DNA of 50,632 nt, filler included, from Streblomastix strix (taxonomy: Eukaryota): assembly GCA_008636045.1 (NCBI GenBank). It is 3 parts of 3 records of this genome, joined end to end, with 100 filler letters (N's around TTAATTAATTAA, not from the genome) between each part and the next. Parts side by side here need not be neighbours in the genome. Positions count along the whole stretch, not along the records: positions 1 to 16,813 come from SNRW01000763.1; 2 more parts are not named here. One strand, given 5' to 3'. The position numbers and the translations under genes were made by a program. Under the pieces are notes generated by a model. That model did not search any database, had not been told where the DNA came from, and saw nothing but the letters and a program-made list of their open reading frames with translations. This document shows, in pieces, positions 1 to 12,829 of the stretch; positions within the stretch are counted from its first letter, which is position 1; each line of letters begins with the position of its first letter.

Positions 1-2219
1 AAGTACTAAGTAAATCAGAACCATTTACGATGGAAGATTTCAATTCATCATTAAAGAAGACAAAAATTAGCGAGAAGGATTATTAAATTTATCTAGAAGA
101 TGCAAAACGATTTAAAAATAGATGGGACTATTTTGCAATTCTATAACGAATAAGATACTTACATAATGATCAAACCGTTAATGACTCTCATTAGCTTACA
201 ATTTAAATATAAGATTGATATGTTTAGTTTCATGAGTATGGCTGCATGTTCTAATGCTATCAAATATGCTAAAGCCTATGAAGATTTTAATATTAATGGA
301 TTATATCCTAATTTTGATGATAACTCATAGAAATTTTACTTAACTGAGAACTATTGGTAAAGTAAAGTGAAAGGATATCTATCGTAAGATAAACATAAAA
401 AAGAGACACAACAAATAATGTATAAGATAGTGATTTCGATTATTTTAAACAGTTATTCAAAGTTTCTAATTGCAACATTTGTGGACTTAAATTCACTATT
501 TCTAATAAACCAACACTAGACAGAATAGATAATTCAAAAGATCATTCAAAAGATAATGTTCAACCTTGCTGTTTATATTGCAATTGCTTCTGTTCCGATA
601 AAGACAAAAATATTGGATAATTATTCATATAATTACGTAGATATTGCATGATAAGATGCTTACCAACTAATCTAACAGATATTGAAGTTTATCATTTGCA
701 TAGGAAATGGATCACAGGTGGATTATCAAATGTAATGAATCGAGTTAATAGATCAGGAATTGATTTTATAAAACGATTATGGTATGATAAAGATAATAAG
801 AAAGTCGCAGTTCTAACAACTTATCACCGAATAACTCATGTAGTTGGAATTGATTTTAATTCTTAATATTCTAGTGTTATGTCATCAGAGCCACATTAAT
901 TTATTAAATATACTGGAGGAAAAATGTATATGTGTGGATCATAAACAAGTAAGATAATGGGAGATACCGATCATTCAAAATAAACTATATTAAGAATGAA
1001 TAATAGCAAAAAGAGATTCACAGAAGATGGTTAATTATTCATAGCAGAAGATAAAGGTCACATTGATGAGAATTACCTTAATGATTATATTAACTTCTAC
1101 CCTATTCTAAGGAATTATGAATTTACAACTGATGAAAGAACTATCGGTAGCTAAATGTATAATCATATGAAATAGAATACGAATAAGACAGATCAAAAAT
1201 AAAGAAAGCTAACTAATCTATCATCAACGATGGGAGAATATATGGCTTTTAATTCATACTATTTATGGTTCTTAATTGACGATTGTCATTTTATTATAGA
1301 TGATGTGAAATAGATAATTCTGATCAATAAACATGATTAATTCAATTCATTTATTAAAGAATTTACTAAAAACAGAATTGAAGCAAAATAAAATGAGAAT
1401 AAAGGAAAAGAATAAATCTTTAAGATTGTTATGAATAGCTCATATGGTAGTGATGGAATGAATACAGAGATATATCATAAAGTAAAAATAATGAATAGGA
1501 AGCAAACAGAAAGAGCTATTAGATCTAATGCATTCATGGACGAATAAAAGATATCTGAAGACAACTATATTGTATAAATGAATCCTGAGCATTGCAGTTG
1601 TAATACCCCTTTATAAGTAGCATTCTTTGTATTAGATAATGCTAAATATTGGTATCTAAACTTCATATATAACTTCATGTAAAAATGCTTAGAAATAAAT
1701 CGGATACATTTTATTGAAAGAGATACTGATTCAGCTTATTGGGGAATTAGTGGAAATCCTAATGAAAATTTTATTTAATAATTTAATGCAGTCATTAAAG
1801 ACACAGATTTCTATAATGAGAATGCTAAGTATTTCTTTCCTACAATTAGAGGAGATGTTTATGATGAGAAGAAAATCCTTGGATTAGCAATCGAACGACA
1901 AGGTCCATCAATGATTGCATTAGCTCCAAAAAATTATACCATATTCAAGAATTATTGTAATGATTCAAAAATAAAATTAAAGGGAGTTAATTAGAAGACT
2001 AACAAGATCACTAAAGACCAGATAGTCGATTGCATTAATGAAGGTAAGATAACGAAATGCACTAATATGAGATTGGGATAGAAGAATCATTAGATGAGTT
2101 AATTATCTATTGAGAAAAATGGAATCACAAAAATTCACACAAAAATGATAGTATTAGAGAATCAATCATGCTGTCCATTTATGTATGGATTAACTGCTAA
2201 GGACTATTCATTTGAATGA
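1..2219 (+). CDS. polB: Protein-primed family B DNA polymerase (C-terminal part), 5'-truncated, with two compensating frameshifts (~131 and ~400) and an HNH-like insert
   Basis: With TAR=Gln: ExoIII YNEQD, ITGGLS, motif A VGIDFNSQYSS (degenerate DxxSLYPS), motif B FKIVMNSSYG, motif C IERDTDS, LAPKNY, KLKGV. TGA at 2217-2219. Confidence 0.93.
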
Positions 2220-2228
2220 AGATTCCTT

Positions 2229-3245
2229 TCATTTATTTTTGAGTATCTCAAATTTCCCCATCCACTTATTCAATATAAAAAAATCATATTTCTTTATTGT
2301 ATTGTATAATAATTGAAACTCATCATAATCTAAATTTTATATGATATTTTCATCGTACACTTATCTTAGATCACTTTCTCCAAGACTAACGCCTAAGCAA
2401 ATGACATGGGTTAATATTCCCGCTGTCTTGAACAAATAAATTGGACGTTAAGCTATAAAGAAGATTGAATTTTTTGAATGACGAGAATCACTAAAGAGAT
2501 GCGTTATTGCTTTAGATAGTTATGAACTGAATCGTTAGTTGTCTGCATTAGATCCAATATCATCGAAGAGCATTAATGTATGAAGTAACTAAGCTATTTC
2601 TAATATAGGTATTTTCATTATTTTTACATCAACCTAATCGTTATCGACTATTTTGAATTTCTTTTAGTAACTAACGTTTTGAATTAATGCAGGGATATCG
2701 AATCTCAATATCTTGGTTGGTTAACTATATGTATTAATGGTTTCGATTACTATCTATTTGAATAGTTCAGCAATTCTGTTAAGATAATCATTAGGTTTTT
2801 CATTCTTTTTAATCTCATTAGCTTATAATATTTACTCTTCCATTCGCTTAATGAAATCGCTGGTATAAGATTATTTTTACTCATTCATCTTGTCCCATGT
2901 ATACATCTCTTTAGTTGAGTATTTTATCTCATCAAATTCAGGTATATGTATCATTGCTTCTCCATAAGTTACATTCGTTAGTTATATATTCCTACTATTA
3001 GGGTTTAATGCCATAGTCTCATCTGCACCATAATTCGAGAAGTATAATATGAATGGATCAATGATTTTCTTATATACTACAATTAACTTGCACATTAATG
3101 TTGTTTTACCGCTTCCAACAGCTCCAACAATATAATGGTTTCCATTAATAAGGAACAATGAATTCTTCGTTAATGACTTAGTTTTATATTCGTTCAATAG
3201 ATCTTGATTAGTAAATGTTATATCTTATAATTCTTGTAGTGACAT
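2229..3245 (-). CDS. A32/FtsK-HerA-type genome packaging ATPase, 338 aa
   Basis: Single frame from ATG 3245 to TGA 2229. Walker A GAVGSGKTT, Walker B LMLFDD, arginine-finger/sensor motif SRHSKNSIFFIAQ. Confidence 0.92.
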
Positions 3246-3262
3246 TTTCAAAAATATTAGAA

Positions 3263-3676
3263 ATGACTCTGTGTTAATGCAACATTCTAACGATAATCAT
3301 TAATGTAATGAATTACATGTTCAATGGCGTTAATTTTATAACATCATTCATATCAGTATCCATACCCGATAAATTGATGGATACAGTTAAAGTAATAAAA
3401 ACATTATGGAGTTATTTCGATATAGTATTGGTTCCCTTAAATATAACGATTTACATTATATAATTCTTTTAAAAAAGAAATATGGACAAGAATTAACCAC
3501 GTATCCATTGGTCATAGCTATCTGTAGAATAAATTGACGCATTTCTGAACGAAGCAATATCTAATAAAGATTTGGAATTGGCAACTCATTGGAGATATAT
3601 CTTGTATCTTAAAATGTTAAATTAACCATAGTTTGCTAAAGTAAAACCCGACAGAGTCGTGAAATCAATATTTTGA
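3263..3676 (+). CDS. Viral hypothetical protein, 137 aa, hydrophobic N-terminal half (alternative start at 3482)
   Basis: Open frame with TAR=Gln between ATG 3263 and TGA 3674-3676. No recognised domain. Confidence 0.5.
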
Positions 3677-3686
3677 AAAATAATAA

Positions 3687-4028
3687 ATGGACAAGTTGTA
3701 TAGTTTTGCAAAAACAATTGGCGACAAGTATGATGCGTTCGATTATGAGGTATTCAAAATATATTAAGCTCTTAACACGAATACTATAATTCCATGGAAA
3801 TTTATGGTTGATTTAGATGAAATTGAATCATGTAGATATAATACGAGGTTGAAACATTTTCACTTTTGTCCTCATGATCCAATGTAAGAAAAAATAAAAG
3901 AGATAATTGAATATATCTAACAGGCTAATAATCAGATTATTTTAGAATAAATTAATTAGCAAAGATAAAAGATACTCAAGCGAACGTTTCAAGATTTAGA
4001 GATGCCTTCTAAAGAGAGTAATAATTGA
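3687..4028 (+). pseudogene. Viral hypothetical protein (~113 aa) with one homopolymer frameshift near 3706
   Basis: MDKLYSF, then a shift to AKTIGDKYDAFDYEVF...MPSKESNN-TGA. Confidence 0.5.
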
Positions 4029-4446
4029 CAAAGTTACTGTATTACTCATCATTCACAAATTAGTTGTAAATCTATTTTTCTTCTTCACTAGCTTCAGAGA
4101 TAATGTACTTCTTTATTTGTTATGGTTAATTGTTTATATATAACGATTTTTTAATTAATAGATATTTATTTTTGAAGTACTTACTCAATTCATTAAACAG
4201 CTTATTCTTATAATCTTCATCATCAACCATCTTTTTTATATTTTATAATTATTGCTATTGATTATTGAACATTTTATTGATTCTCATTAATTCTTAGAAT
4301 AATGGATGGATTGATTCTTTTACATCATTCTTTAGCAAATTTTATAATGCTTCAATTGTAACTTTAATTGTATCGTTATCTTAGAAATGAGATTTAACTA
4401 ATTCGTTGAACAATTGTTTAATAGGTTATGTTACTGCTTTTTCCAT
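3976..4446 (-). CDS. Viral hypothetical helical protein, 156 aa
   Basis: ATG 4446 (preceded by the TAATTTATTTTTG motif) to TGA 3976, MEKAVTQPIKQLF...LNLETFA. Confidence 0.6.
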
Positions 4447-4468
4447 TTATTTCAAAAATAAATTATCA

Positions 4469-6816
4469 TCATCCAGGGTGGTACGGATCAATTTACAAAG
4501 CATGATCTCTCCAATATATTTTAGGTCCATTGCTATAGAATCCTCCATTTGTATCTACGCTATTTCCACCCCATAATATCGGATTATCAGCAGAATAATT
4601 AACTGATCCGTTACTTGCTCCGTTAGTTGCACCAGTTCCAGCTATTACTGATCCATTAAAATATAATGTGTTTCCATCAGCGGATATTACTAATCCTTAA
4701 GTATCCTGAACAATTTATGTATTAACTCCAATCCTTAATTCACCGTCAGGTGTATTTACTATGTTCCATTAATTTGATATTGTTCCACTTGATGAATTCG
4801 GATCACAACCTAGAAATATTCCACTAAAATTTCCATTAATTGAACGTGCTATTCTTAATCCTTCATCACAATCACCATCAGTAGAATTAATTTATATTGC
4901 ACCACATTTAACACCAGCAAATGATGATGATGATCCTGCATTTAAAACATAATTTTAAACTACTTTAGAATTAGGATATTATGAACTTAAATTGCTACCC
5001 CGATAATTAATATATAATGGTGTTCCAACAGGATCAGTAGTATTAATTCACATTACTAATTCATTATCATTAATTAATTATTCATAATAACCATTATTAT
5101 TATTGATCAACATTAATGGATTTGTTGATTCAGTTTGCTATATTTGCAATTGATTATTTTTAAAATTTTTTCTACCAATAATCGTTTAATCAGTTCCAAC
5201 ATTAACTAACTCATTGTTATTAAATTTTATTATTGAACAATCACTATTAATAGATAAACCAACACTATGATTAGCTTATAGTAAAGATGATGGATTTATT
5301 GTCAGAGTATTATCATTTGTTTTACTTATCTCCCATTAACCAGTTTGTGTAGTATTTATAGCCGTAGTTGCACATCTTATATATAATGATGAGTATTCAG
5401 AGTTATAATTTCCGATTCTTATACCATTATTATACGTACCATAAGTTCGACCTGTTGGATTAACTTATAGCATATTATTAATTATTCCATCATTAGCTAC
5501 ATCATTAGTAATTGGTATTTTTGTAGCACTTGATACTGATTTAACTACATCCTATGTTAATATCTCTGTTATTCTATTAGTATAATAAGTACTTTAATCA
5601 GATATCACTATCATAATGCTATTAGTTGATTCTATTCTAACATATGCTGAATAAATAGCAGATGAACCTGATCCAGTATGAGTATGAAATAGTTAATTTA
5701 CACCACTATCTATAGCATAGTTAGCACTAATTCTAGTTGGAGCTGTAAATATACCATATACAGTATTAATTCCATTAACGGTATAATAAGACACTAATCT
5801 AATGATTTGAACAGCATTATACTATGAATATATTTTAAATTCAATGAATGGATTTCCAACACTAGCACCAGCAGGAAACACACATAATCTAATCCATCCA
5901 CCTCCACTACCGTTGTATGTTCTTGATAACTTATTATCTATTGTAGTTGTATCACCATTGGCAGACACTACTTCGGTTGCTAATTCTCCAGCTTTAATAA
6001 ATTTAGTTGCTGTTACATTTCAATCGTAGGTCAATTATTATGGATGAACGTGATCTTGTCTTGAGTAAAAACTGATGTTCCATTTGCACCATCACCATTA
6101 ACTACAGGAATATTTGAAGCATTAGTTTCTACATTAATTGGATGTGAATGATCAGATCTAGCAAAAAAATTAGTTGTGCCAACTTATCCACTTGCACTAT
6201 CTTGTGGAGATATTGAAGTTGATATATTGAGAGGATAAGAATGATCGTTTCTTGCATAATAATTAGTTGTACCAACTGATCCACTAGCAGAATCACTAAT
6301 TGGAATAGTAGTTGTTACATTTATTGGATGAACGTGATCCCCACGTGAATATTCTGTGCTAATTCCTGCAGTTGCTGTACCATCAGATAATGGAGTTGCA
6401 TTACTTGCAGGCGTTACTTGATCAGGTACAATATCTACACTATTACACCAATCTGCATCATACATCCATACTGTTCCACTTTCTGCACTAAATGAAAAAT
6501 CTCCATTAGCAGAATTAGGTAAATTTTAAATATCTGTATTCAATAAATAATATCCTCGGAAATGTGTTTATCTTGATAGTTCTTGATTAATGGCATCAAT
6601 ATCATTTTTTATATCATTGATATCCTATTCAGTTGTTCCAATTGATTATTATAATAAATTCACTTAATTAATCAACTAATTAATCTTGGCTACAAAATCA
6701 GAATTAATCACCTTCAAATTCTTTATAGTTAGCAATCCATTAGGTTCTATTTTTAATGCATAATCTGATGCAATTCCATCAACGATTTAATTGTTAAGCG
6801 GCGTAGACTAACGCAT
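4469..6816 (-). pseudogene. Large virion fibre/tail-like protein (~780 aa) with four (A/S)RxDHx(H/Y)P repeats; two frameshifts (~6070, ~5165) and two in-frame TGA
   Basis: N-terminal coiled coil, then repeats YSRGDHVHP, YARNDHSYP, FARSDHSHP, YSRQDHVHP, plus FIKAGELATEVVSANGD and DQTIIGRKNF, and a G/S/T/N-rich beta C-terminus. Confidence 0.75.
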
Positions 6817-6967
6817 TGTTATTATCTATGAATAATTAATACTCTTCATTTGATATCATTCCACCACTAGAATTACTTCGTTTCTAATATTGAATGTAGC
6901 AAGCAATATAATTAGTGATGAATTATCTAACTGTACGGATTTACTATTATGATAGTGAATTGTTCAT
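6779..6967 (-). CDS. Small viral hypothetical protein, 62 aa
   Basis: ATG 6967 preceded by TAATTTATTTTTGTAAAA. TGA at 6779, overlapping the fibre gene start. Confidence 0.55.
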
Positions 6968-6993
6968 TTTTACAAAAATAAATTACACCTTCA

Positions 6994-7200
6994 TCAACGT
7001 TTATTTACAAGTCGATCAATAGCATCTGCATGATTAGCTCCTGCACCTAATGTGCCTCCAATTCCTGGGTGAATCATTCCAACAGGACCTGATATTGTAG
7101 GCAAAATTTTATGCATTGCTGGTGCAACCCATTAAGCTACTTTCTTAACGACACCTAATATTTTTGACCCAAAATTTGCTATTCCAGAGAAGAAACCCAT
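6994..7200 (-). CDS. Small amphipathic, possibly myristoylated virion peptide (adenovirus protein VI-like), 68 aa
   Basis: MGFFSGIANFGSKILGVVKKVAQWVAPAMHKILPTISGPVGMIHPGIGGTLGAGANHADAIDRLVNKR. Divergently adjacent to the MCP gene. Confidence 0.7.
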
Positions 7201-7265
7201 TTGATTTATTATAAAAACTTTTAACATAAACATCCATACAGTTCATTAATTTTTGTTTCAATGAA

Positions 7266-9248
7266 ATGTCATTCAAATCTAGAGATTATCTTGGACGATT
7301 AGCGAAAATAGCACATTCTGATTACGTTAGTGGATATATGTAACTTGGAGAAATATTAAAAACATAATCCATTCATCCTCAATCATTTGAAATATCAAAG
7401 CAAAATTTCATCGATTCTCCAATTACTGAACTAACATCTATTGGAGTTAAATATACTAAAGCACCATTAGGAGCAAGAGGTAAATCTTCATGTTCAATGG
7501 TTCAAACTTGTTAAGTAAATTGGACAATTACAATACTTGCAAATACATTAGCAATATAATTAAATAAAACATATGATGGCTGGGATACTACAGCAAAATT
7601 AATTGCACGAACTATTTTCAATGGTAAGGAAGATCCGTTAGCTGATTGGACTACAAATATGTCATAAGCGTCATAAAGATATTTTGGTAAATCAGCTTAA
7701 GGGATTGAATCATCAAAACATCTATAATTTTGGATTGGATTCTCAACTGCGTGTGGACCATTCTACTAATTCTAACTGTTGAAAGATGCAACAGCACTAT
7801 GGGGATCTGCAATCTATGCAAGAGAATAAGCTGTAATTAGTGGGAATTGTATTAATGATTTGTGCACTAAAAATAGCGTTAGCGTATCACCTCTAGAAAG
7901 TATAATTGAAGGAAAACGTCATTGTGGAATATTATTTGATTTCCCACTTTGTGAAATTGATAGATAAGCAACTGCTGCTATCCGTTGGAACATCATTCTA
8001 TTACAGAATTCCTAATGATATTACATTTAGTGGAGTACTTGATCTTAACCAACTAAATCCTATATTTAATTCATTCCCTGTTCTTACACGTAATTATGGA
8101 ACATTACATCTACAATTATGGATATAAGATTTCCGATAAGATTTGAAGGTTGTTTGGCTTAACAAAAATGATACTATATAAAATAACCATTTAGCTTATC
8201 ACATGATTCCCTCAGAGAAACCTGATATTGTTTATCTTTTGGCAGGAGAAACTGCTGATGTTGTATCGTATTAAAGATATAATATAAGAATCGTAAATAT
8301 GCAAAATGCTGCTGTTGGTGATACGATACCACAAAATTCAATTTTTTAGATTGGAACAGCTAAATTTGATACATTAGAGATATAGAACGTATGCTTCAAT
8401 GTTGAAAATGAATAAGCTATAATTATTTTGATTCAAGAACACAAAATAATAAACTTTCCTACATAAGTATTTAGAACATAATCATCGAAATTTCCATTTA
8501 GTGGATTTGATAAAACTAGTGGATCAATGTAAAGCATTAAGTCATTCTCTAACATAAAATCACTATTTATGACATTTGCTAACCCTAATATCCAACATGG
8601 TTTTTCCCTGTATTATTCACAGAATTTAATCTTGTTATTGATTAGAATAATATTATCCCATAGCCATATAAATCATTAAACTAAGCAACTAATGGATAAA
8701 TGTTTGATTGCTTCGTTGAATAAGATGTTGTTAGTGCTCCATCAGATCTATATCATTCACTTACATTCGAGAACTTGAATATAGATGATAAAACACAATA
8801 CTATGGAAGGATAGATAATACTGATTAATATAAAACAGCTAACTTATTCAATTTAACATCATTGTTTAGTGGAAGAAAAGCAATTAAAACACTTTATCCT
8901 AACAAATATATGCTTACATGGAAATTAGCTACTGATGAATCATTTATGCGTGGATTTAACTCTTCAAACTTAGGAGCTAAAACTAATGTATAAGTTATTT
9001 TGTAGGGAAATTTGACTAAAGGAATTATTGACACAACTAATATTTTCCCATCATAGAACTAAAATGATTTCAAATAATTCATTGGAACTAGAGCATATCC
9101 TGATCCTAATAAAGCATCTATTACTCCAATGATGCATTACTTGTGTGATGCGTTTGTTAGAATCGTATTTGATGATAGTCCAATGCCATAAGTACTAAAT
9201 ATCGATGTTATTGGTGAGCCTGCTAAAGGAGCTATTTAACCTCAGTGA
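7266..9248 (+). CDS. Putative double jelly-roll major capsid protein (~660 aa), two compensating frameshifts (~7982, ~8580)
   Basis: Size, beta-rich composition and viral context. Segments include FWIGFSTACGPF, LDLNQLNPIFNSFPVLTRNYG, PQYPTWFFP and MHYLCDAFVRIVFD. The fold is inferred, not searched. Confidence 0.75.
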
Positions 9249-9284
9249 AACCTTAAGTTTGAAACCGTAGGTTTGAGTTTCACT
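9244..9284. terminator. Hairpin at the MCP stop codon between convergent genes
   Basis: AGTGAAAC (9244-9251) pairs with GTTTCACT (9277-9284) and encloses AAACC-GTA-GGTTT. Confidence 0.4.
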
Positions 9285-9316
9285 AAGCTTCGCTAATACA
9301 AAAATAAAATTATTTT

Positions 9317-9442
9317 TCAATGGCATATCTTTGATTCACAGGCATATTTGATTGCTGCTTCCCAAATAGCTTTAAAGATTTCGTGCCAGTTAATGTTCAA
9401 TTATTCAAGAGAATAGATGATGGTTTCATTTATCGGATACAT
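9317..9442 (-). CDS. Very small viral ORF, 41 aa
   Basis: AAAAATG start, MYPINETIIYSLEQLNINWHEIFKAIWEAAIKYACESKICH-TGA. Confidence 0.4.
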
Positions 9443-9463
9443 TTTTGTTTATTTTTAAATTAA

Positions 9464-10687
9464 TCAACTTGCCGATTAATTATGAATAGCATATGAATCA
9501 TATACTTAAACACAAAAATTATCAGGTAAGTGAAGCTAACACATTGTATTAATTATAACATTACCATTAGGATTAATAAAATAATCTACAGGAATTGCTC
9601 CATTCCAATCTATTGGATAACCAATAACTTTTACTACAAACATCACAACATTTAATGGTATATTTGATGATGTTCCACTAAACTTTGGCTTTATAGCATT
9701 ATCAACGATTGAAAATAAAGTATATCCAGATTCCGTTAATGTGTTAGGATCATTATGTGTTATTTGTAGTGAAATATATACTCTACTATTTTATGTTGTT
9801 AATGTACCCCATACTCGTGTTTCATACATTCCATAAGCAATTGATAAATAACGTGCATTCTCAATTGGTTCATAATTCAGTTAATCTTTTTCAATAGTAT
9901 CTCCGTTAGCTAAGAGAATTTAGTTACTTGTTCCACCTTATTTAATAATTTTTCCAGCTATTATAGGTGATAAAAATGTCTTTATTCCACGAATAATCTA
10001 TTCAGAATGCAAATTCACATAAATAATATAATTTTTAAAAAATTAACTCAAGTAATTAAAGTACTTTATTATCTCATTATCAATAACCTATAGTAAAGTA
10101 TTACGTTCCTTAATTTATTTTTATTACTCTTCCTATTATTTTATTAATTTAATTGCCTATTCTTACAAATTAAGTTAATCGTCATCATCATCCATCATAT
10201 CTAAATCGCTTAATTATTATTCCATTTTTAGTACAAAAATAATCATAGTCCATTCATCAATAACATAGTGCTATATACTATTAGCATTACATTTAACTCC
10301 AAATTAATTGTATTAATTATATTTTGTTTGAGCTTACATTTATTCAACTGCTTCTTTTAGTTTACTATATTTGACTGCATAATCTTCACTTAAGTTAGAT
10401 GTATTATCTATAAGTTTCTTCATCTAACGAGTATATGATAAAATTGTGTCATCAATATGTCCATTATGTCTTTTCTCAATCAAAATGTAAACTGATTATG
10501 GATAATTTGGATTATTACCGTATCGTTTTAGTAACTTAATGTATCGTGTATTATTATATTTATTGAATGATTGTTAATAGAAATCATCACCCCATTAACA
10601 TATAGGTTCAACGTGTATTTCCTTTGGTATATTTCGTGGCTGAACAAGCAATTTACCTTTGATTCTTATTTCAGACTGTCCAAGCAT
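9464..10687 (-). CDS. Second fibre/receptor-binding-like protein (407-aa open frame; probable internal start at 10225 giving 253 aa)
   Basis: Coiled coil, then EQIIRGIKTF and IIKQGGTSNQILLANGD (phage tail-fibre-type motifs), then a C-terminal beta head-like domain. ATG 10225 has its own TATTTTTG motif. Confidence 0.65.
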
Positions 10688-10746
10688 TTTTGTTGACAAT
10701 AAAAAAAATAAAAATATAATATAAAACGACAGTTAAAAAAATTATT

Positions 10747-11505
10747 TCAAAAATCATCTTTGGATATCTCTGATGTAGGTGCATCAGACAAACGAACAAA
10801 ATCCTTGTTAATACGATACGGTTTCTCAATAGAATTAAAGAGAACATTATCAATAACAGATATGCTAACATTTTTAATAAGTACGTCCATTACTCTTATT
10901 AGATCTTTCTTTTTATATGATTTGCCTATGCATGAATGGGATCGCATCAATGGCTCTTCTTATACAATTTCAATATCATCTTCATTTTCTTAGGTAATTA
11001 GTGACCATAGTTTAATAAAATTATCAGATGAAAGTATAAAATCATCACCTCTTTTTCTTGTAGTAACTGCAGCCCATAATTTATCAATAATGAATTTCAT
11101 TACATCAAGATTTGGATGAGAAAGATAAGTATTTTTAACAACTTCATCTGGTTCAACTTATGCAGTAGTTCTATCAATTTGTTTATATTTATCTTTATTA
11201 TATTTGCTCTTATACTTAGTAATTTTTTATTCTGTAAGGATCAATTACTCAGGTATTACTTGAATAATTTCATTCCCAATTTAAGTGGGATTTTCTTTAG
11301 GTTTTGACATATCATCGATGGTTTCGCTAATGGTTTAACTTCGTTCGAGACCTATCTGTGGCATTGTCTTTATCCTACTGATTGCATCATCGATCAATTG
11401 CAATCTAATTTTATCTTCATCCGTTAGTTCTTTATGCTTTATCTCAGATATTTATTTTTTGGGTTTTGACGTGCGAATTGAGTTTCTTTCTATGCCCTTT
11501 ATCAT
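10747..11505 (-). CDS. Viral hypothetical protein, 252 aa
   Basis: Uninterrupted frame from ATG 11505 to TGA 10747 with TAR=Gln. Confidence 0.65.
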
Positions 11506-11528
11506 TTTCTTTATTTAAAAATATTCAA

Positions 11529-12246
11529 ATGGACTTACAACATACATTGAAGAATTTGATAGAGTATGGAACAAATATTGAATACTTTGTCAATGGATAT
11601 GTAATCCAAATTAATAAAGATATTAAAGTGTTCGAAGAAGGAAAGAAGACACTTAAAAAATTAACTTAAACATAATAGAATAAGTTATTGCTATTAGCTC
11701 GTGGAGGAGGTCTTGAGCCTAACAAAAAAGTTTAAAAACAACCTTAAAAAATAACTTGATGAAGATGAAGATTTTATATCTTATGAGCCATAAGAGGAAA
11801 CCGAAGGTTTGAGCTATGCTAAATAAAATGATAGCGATGCCGATTCCATAAGTGATGTTAGAGAAAAACCGTTAAAGAAATAAGTCAGAAAAAGAGTAGT
11901 AAAATCTTCAAAAACACCATAAATTAATTATACTAATCCGCAACTTGATTTGGAAGAACTAATTAGATTGCGAACTGAAAATTCGTTTATTAAATAATAA
12001 CATTAAGATGCTGTTAAACAAATAGAGAAATATAAATAAAAAGTAAAACTTTATATGTAGCCAAAAGTAAAAGAAACAAAATCACAAAAAGAAACCGATA
12101 CCTAAGATCTGAGCAATGCTAAATAAGCAACAGAATAAATTTAAGCTCCTCAAGAATGTTAAGAAGAACCTGTATAGTATGAAGAATAGTACAAATATAT
12201 TAATTTTGATTTATATTTACTATTTTTGTTCCTATATTAAAAATGA
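11529..12246 (+). CDS. Viral hypothetical charged/coiled-coil protein (~238 aa), one poly-A frameshift near 11750
   Basis: MDLQHTLKNLIEYG..., acidic linker, LEELIRLRTENSFIKQQ coiled coil. TGA overlaps the next ATG. Confidence 0.55.
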
Positions 12247-12449
12247 ATCCATATAATCTCAGATCTATTGAAGGAATTTATGATACCATGAAACATGATT
12301 ATTACAGATTGAAAGAATAATTGGACAATCGTTAATTTATTGCTGAAACAGATAGTATTGTTACTTTATCAATGTAATATGAATTAGATGTAATATTTGA
12401 AATGATAGTAAATTTACATATGATAATTATCTTAGCAAAATTTATTTGA
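12243..12449 (+). CDS. Small viral hypothetical protein, 68 aa
   Basis: MNPYNLRSIEGIYDTMKHDYYRLKEQ...FI-TGA. TATTTTTG motif upstream. Confidence 0.55.
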
Positions 12450-12466
12450 TTTATTCCTCATTTAAA

Positions 12467-12673
12467 ATGGACAAAGAAATGAATGAGTATTTTAAATAAC
12501 TAGAACCAAAATTACAACAATAATATTAACAACTTAATACTGAGATCAAATTTATGGATGAAAAGAAAATATAGTAATAAAATTTATATTCTATGTTAGA
12601 TAATGTATATAGTATAATACGTATAATTGAAACATATTAAAAAAATACAAATTAACTAAACGCTAATGAATGA
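12467..12673 (+). CDS. Small viral coiled-coil protein, 68 aa
   Basis: MDKEMNEYFKQLEPKLQQQYQQLNTE...NANE-TGA. Confidence 0.55.
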
Positions 12674-12829
12674 GATACCCCTCAGAAATTTATTTTTATT
12701 AATATATTAGTAACACTGGAAAATCATAAGGATTAACTACATAATTACTTTACACCATTTACTACTACCATTTGCTGAAATCGTAAACGAAAATGAATAA
12801 TCCTCCGCAGCCGCATACTAAGCTTAATT

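Noticed and set aside
4469..6816. In-frame TGA in the fibre gene as Trp/Sec recoding
   Set aside because: It co-occurs with frameshifts, and TGA is the terminator in all intact genes, so simple decay is more likely.
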